Assembly (NCBI GenBank): GCA_004764695.1
Contig: SMSO01000037.1
Coordinates: 2,456,747 to 2,520,746 of the forward strand
DNA: 64,000 nucleotides
Reading direction: 5' to 3'
Source: Schizochytrium sp. TIO01
Lineage: Eukaryota > Protista > Bigyra: Labyrinthulomycetes
A program made the position numbers and the translations under genes. Below the pieces are notes generated by a model. That model worked only from the letters and a program-made list of their open reading frames with translations. It made no database searches and was not told the origin of the DNA. Below are positions 60,100-64,000 of this stretch, piece after piece; position 1 is the first letter of the stretch; each line of letters opens with the position of its first letter.

Positions 60100-60264
60100 A
60101 AAAGGGAAAAGAAGTAGAAAAAAATACGCAGAAAGAGAGAGAGAGAGAGAGGGTCGCAGAGGAGGAGAGAAAGAACGCGAGAAAAGGAAAAAGAAGAACC
60201 CGGAAGAAGAGAGAGAGAGAGAGATAGAGTAGGTATGTAAGAAGAAAAGAAATGGAAAGAAAGT

Positions 60265-60295
<31 letters not shown>

Positions 60296-60400
60296 GAAAA
60301 ATGAAGAAAAAAAGGTGTGGGAAGAAGAGAAGCCAGTCATGATCAGTTAGGATCATTTGAGGGGAAGAAGAGGAAAGAGAAAGAAGAAAACAGAAAGCAG
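60100..60400. repeat. Polypurine tract with (GA)n and (AAAG)n arrays
   Basis: Read directly. Further (AAAG)n arrays lie at about 58358-58388 and 61790-61819. Confidence 0.85.
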
Positions 60401-61789
60401 AAAGGCGGCGGGACTCATGCACGGTTCACGAGGAGCTGGTTTTCAAAGAAACCACATCGAACACACTCGCGACAGCATGTAGATAGAGAGAGATCTTGGT
60501 GTCGAAATCCACTCTACGGACACCTAGAAATACCTCCAGACACTGATTCCTTCGCCACCTTCGCACATAAAGTGCTGATGCGCTCCGTCTTCTTCTTCTT
60601 CTTCTTTCACATCGCTCGTTCACATTATACTTACCTACTTACCTATTCATTCTGTGCCTCAACAGCCTAAACAGCAAGTAACTAAGTAAGTGAGAAATTT
60701 GATGAATGAAAGGAAAAGCAAGAAAGAGAGAAATGCACCTTCCGCCTTCGACTTTATCGCTCTTTGCTGATCTCCCCCCCTACATTTGCAGGCCAAAAGT
60801 TCTCAACTAGTTATCATCGTGCGTCCAATCTCCGGCTGACATGATCACAACGCAGCGGAATTTGCAACAACGTGCAGACTGCTGCTCGCTTTGCAAAGAG
60901 CCTGCGTATGTAAACAACAGCCGTTGAACTGGATACCGGTCACTTAGCTAAACTAAACACGAGTTCTTCCACCTTCTCCGTGGCATTTGGACAAGATTCG
61001 CGGCTGAGAGATAGAGCCGCTGGCTGCTCCGCCGTGACAAACCTCGAGCGGATCGAATTGGTCCAGCCAACTCAGAGCAGACCTCCTCGGACGCCGGGTC
61101 CTCTGCCCTGTCCTATCGTGCGATCTCACAGCACACATCACTTCGCGCATTCATGTCATGCACCGTTTGCCTCATCGCCATATTAATTAAGACACCTGTG
61201 GCCGTTACGTCTCCGTCAGAAATATCACTCTGACAAAGCGCACGTGTGAGCCGACCTATTCGCTTCTGAGTGCAATAGCGCACACAGGGAGTCACGAGGC
61301 ACTTCAAAGTAGCGAATGGTGTGAGTGAATGATGCGCACGCATAATCTGCGGGACATTCATGCTTGAGCGGAAGTGAAATTATCTCTGCGAGTCCAAATG
61401 TCACGCAGACCAACCCCCATGGAGGCCTTTTCAGAGGGACTGGCTGGCCTCACGAACGTTGTGTCAATCCAGGGATAAAAAGATCCTCGTGTGGCATACT
61501 GAATTGAGGAATCGAGAAGACATATGCGAAGCAAACTAGTAGCACTGTTTCTCGTTGAAGCTCTTGAGCCACTCAAGTCGTGATTGGACCCCTCGTCAAG
61601 CAGCAGCGAACCATGAACATGCTCTCTCCAGCCAGCAGCAGATTCCACGTCTCTGAATCTTCAAACTGAGTGCTCGAACAATTGGAACGGAGGCATTGTC
61701 CAATCTAGCTAGCTGTCTATCTACAGTAGGTATAAATAGCTCCCGCAAACGAAATGTGAGAGTGGAGAATCCGAAGAGTAAGAAAGAAT

Positions 61790-61820
<31 letters not shown>

Positions 61821-63917
61821 CACACATGAAAGCAACAGTTAAAAGCACACAAACAAACAAATAAGCAAACACAACAACAAACGCGCCCTCAAAGCACAGC
61901 GATGGCGGGCCAAGCTTGAAAAGAAGTAGGCCCTCAGGTACATACTACAAGTAGTAGTACTAGCTAGAAAGAAAAAAAAAAAAAACAGAAGTAGAAAAAG
62001 GAGAGAAACACAAACCGTTTTCCTTCGCCATTATGGCGACCCGTCTTCTTCCATATAGAGCTCCCCGTGTTACCCCATCATCGCTCAATACATACACCTG
62101 CGCCTTTATCCCACTCCCCAATATCTGGGTCTGGTTTTCTATGCACACGTTCCCTTTGTTACTATGTCCTTAAATTGAGGACTTAGCAAGGGTCCTCCTT
62201 GAGGAAACCACGCTCTTGTATTCATCACCCACCCATCACCACTCTCACGCTCCTTCTCAGGATTCGCAGCTCAGAGCCGAGGCTTGAGCTGCACCGATGA
62301 ACTGACTTACCGTGGGTTATCTCACTCATGATTCGGTATGGGTATAAAGTATTCTGCGTAACCTCTTCTTCGAGTCGTTTTGCCTGTCAAACAAAGCTCT
62401 CAACAGCCAGAGTCGTTGTGGTTGATTGATCAATGCTGGCGCGGATCGCTCCAGACGTGAACGCAAGCAAGGAAAGCTAGCGATTGGACTGCTGCTTTGG
62501 CGACTGGACGTAGGAGGAGGTCTCGACGGAGGCGTACGGGGTCTCGGGTCTGGTGCCGCGAGACAGGATTCTGGGTAAGCTTACGCAGCAAGGAGGCAAG
62601 CAAACTAGCTAGCGCAGCGTGTTTTACTCTGAAAGCTCGAGGGTCTCACCGCGTATTCTGGGTCTAGCTGGTCGCGAGGCGGCTAGACAATCCTATCCCA
62701 GTGGGAGATGAGAGGAGGCCTCCTTCCACTCTCCCTGCAGCTCAACTGTGTTTCGCAGCGTATCACTATAGTCAACACATGAAATCAACTGCACTGTGGG
62801 AGTTTTGAACATTTCCTTGCCAGAATGAGCATGCCCATGAGTCTAACGGAGTGGCCCTTCCAGAGGGAGCAGAAAGCACAGTGGAGGCCCTCACACTGGC
62901 CTCCCGCTGTGGTATTGAGGTGAAGCGTCTAGCTTGCCTTCTTTCAGGGGTAGGGAACACAAAAGATCCGCTCTGAGCAACCCCTGCGCATACTGTCCGC
63001 CGCAGCGATTCAAGCGAATCTTCCGCGTCTACCCCCCTCTACTGGTCTCGCTGGCTGCTTCCTTCCCAAACGGGATGTGAGGGAACGATTAGAGGGGCGA
63101 TTGGGAGACAGGGGGAGAATGAAAGAGCGCTCTCTCTTCGATGGAGTTGTTGGTTGGTCATATGCTTTCGAAAACCTCGATTCCGAGACGACCCTTTCCG
63201 CTGCTTGCACTGCTGCTGTTGCTCGCAGGCTGAACAGGGCCAGGGAAAGAGCGTGCCTCGCCGCCCATTTAAGCCACGATTCACGCCCGCGCACGACGAA
63301 GGGGTTGTCCGGAAGGGGTTCAAGGTAGCGAGCGCCTCGAGATCCACTCGAGCGCCTGCTCTGCTTGTAGTGCATGCAGCCAGGCCTTTTTTCGCACTCT
63401 CTCGCAGAGAAGAAGATGGATGGATGGAGCAGTAGTAGGCCTAAGTGAGGCAGGCCGGAGGACAGAGAACGATGGAGGAGGCACTCACTCATTTATTTGC
63501 GAAAGAAATCAAAGCACCTTCGAGTTGGAGAATCAGAGAACGAAGGAACTTGACAGATTCGCACACAAAGAGAACCGGGTAAGGAAGACCTGCGGAATCA
63601 CCAGCAGGCGGCTAGGAGCTAGGTAGAGTGGGGTAGGGACCTAGGTGCTGCTTAGGCGGTGTTCTTTCACGATTTCTTTCGAAATCTTTCCAAGGAGTGT
63701 AAACAACACGGACATTCTATCTAGGGAATCTTCGAGCTGCCTGCTGAAAGCTTGAGCTGGCGGCTTGGTGTGTCTATGGGATTGAGAAAGCGGCCTCAAA
63801 CATCGCGTGAAAGAGATTCGAACCGACCAAATTCGAGTTCGAGTATATGGCAACATTCCAATTTGAAGCGAGGGCATTTATTTACTTTCTTCTTTTTTTT
63901 AAAGTAAAATAGTCACT

Positions 63918-63945
63918 TTTATTTATTTATTTATTTATTTATTTA
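63918..63945. repeat. (TTTA)n microsatellite
   Basis: Read directly. Confidence 0.9.
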
Positions 63946-64000
63946 TATAATTTTAATTTTAAAAAAGTAGTTATCATTTCCCTATTGGCTATAAGGTTTT

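Noticed and set aside
54800-63900. ORFs of 100-160 aa in the right desert (e.g. 57173-57658, 59943-60422, 63010-63492)
   Set aside because: Low-complexity or repeat-derived, overlapping in several frames, with no motifs.

Overview
Eukaryotic nuclear DNA. It has spliceosomal GT-AG introns, F-box, SET, PDZ, BTB and PNO1 genes, and abundant tri/tetranucleotide microsatellites. The mostly intronless genes, gene content and microsatellite-rich spacers suggest a stramenopile protist, probably a thraustochytrid; this is an inference. The window has four zones. (1) 1-22.5 kb is gene-dense: 3' end of a CocE/NonD hydrolase, CINP-like protein, axonemal dynein light chain-domain protein, membrane-anchored penicillin acylase-family Ntn-hydrolase, GT47/RXYLT1-like glycosyltransferase, F-box protein, triple-PDZ protein, PNO1, SETD6-like methyltransferase and a stand-alone AAA_26/BioD-like protein. 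(2) About 22.8-41.6 kb has no credible coding ORF and is microsatellite-rich. (3) 41.7-54.4 kb holds a three-exon Cys-less pentameric ligand-gated ion channel, an actin-fragmin kinase-like protein, a BTB + P-loop GTPase + CaaX protein, and a tandem double-domain cystathionine beta-synthase-like gene with a 1-nt frameshift. (4) 54.5-64 kb is a second desert carrying several canonical plus-strand intron-like segments (candidate spliced lncRNA). No rRNA, tRNA, CRISPR array or intact mobile element was recognised. All family calls come from motif recognition by eye, not database searches.
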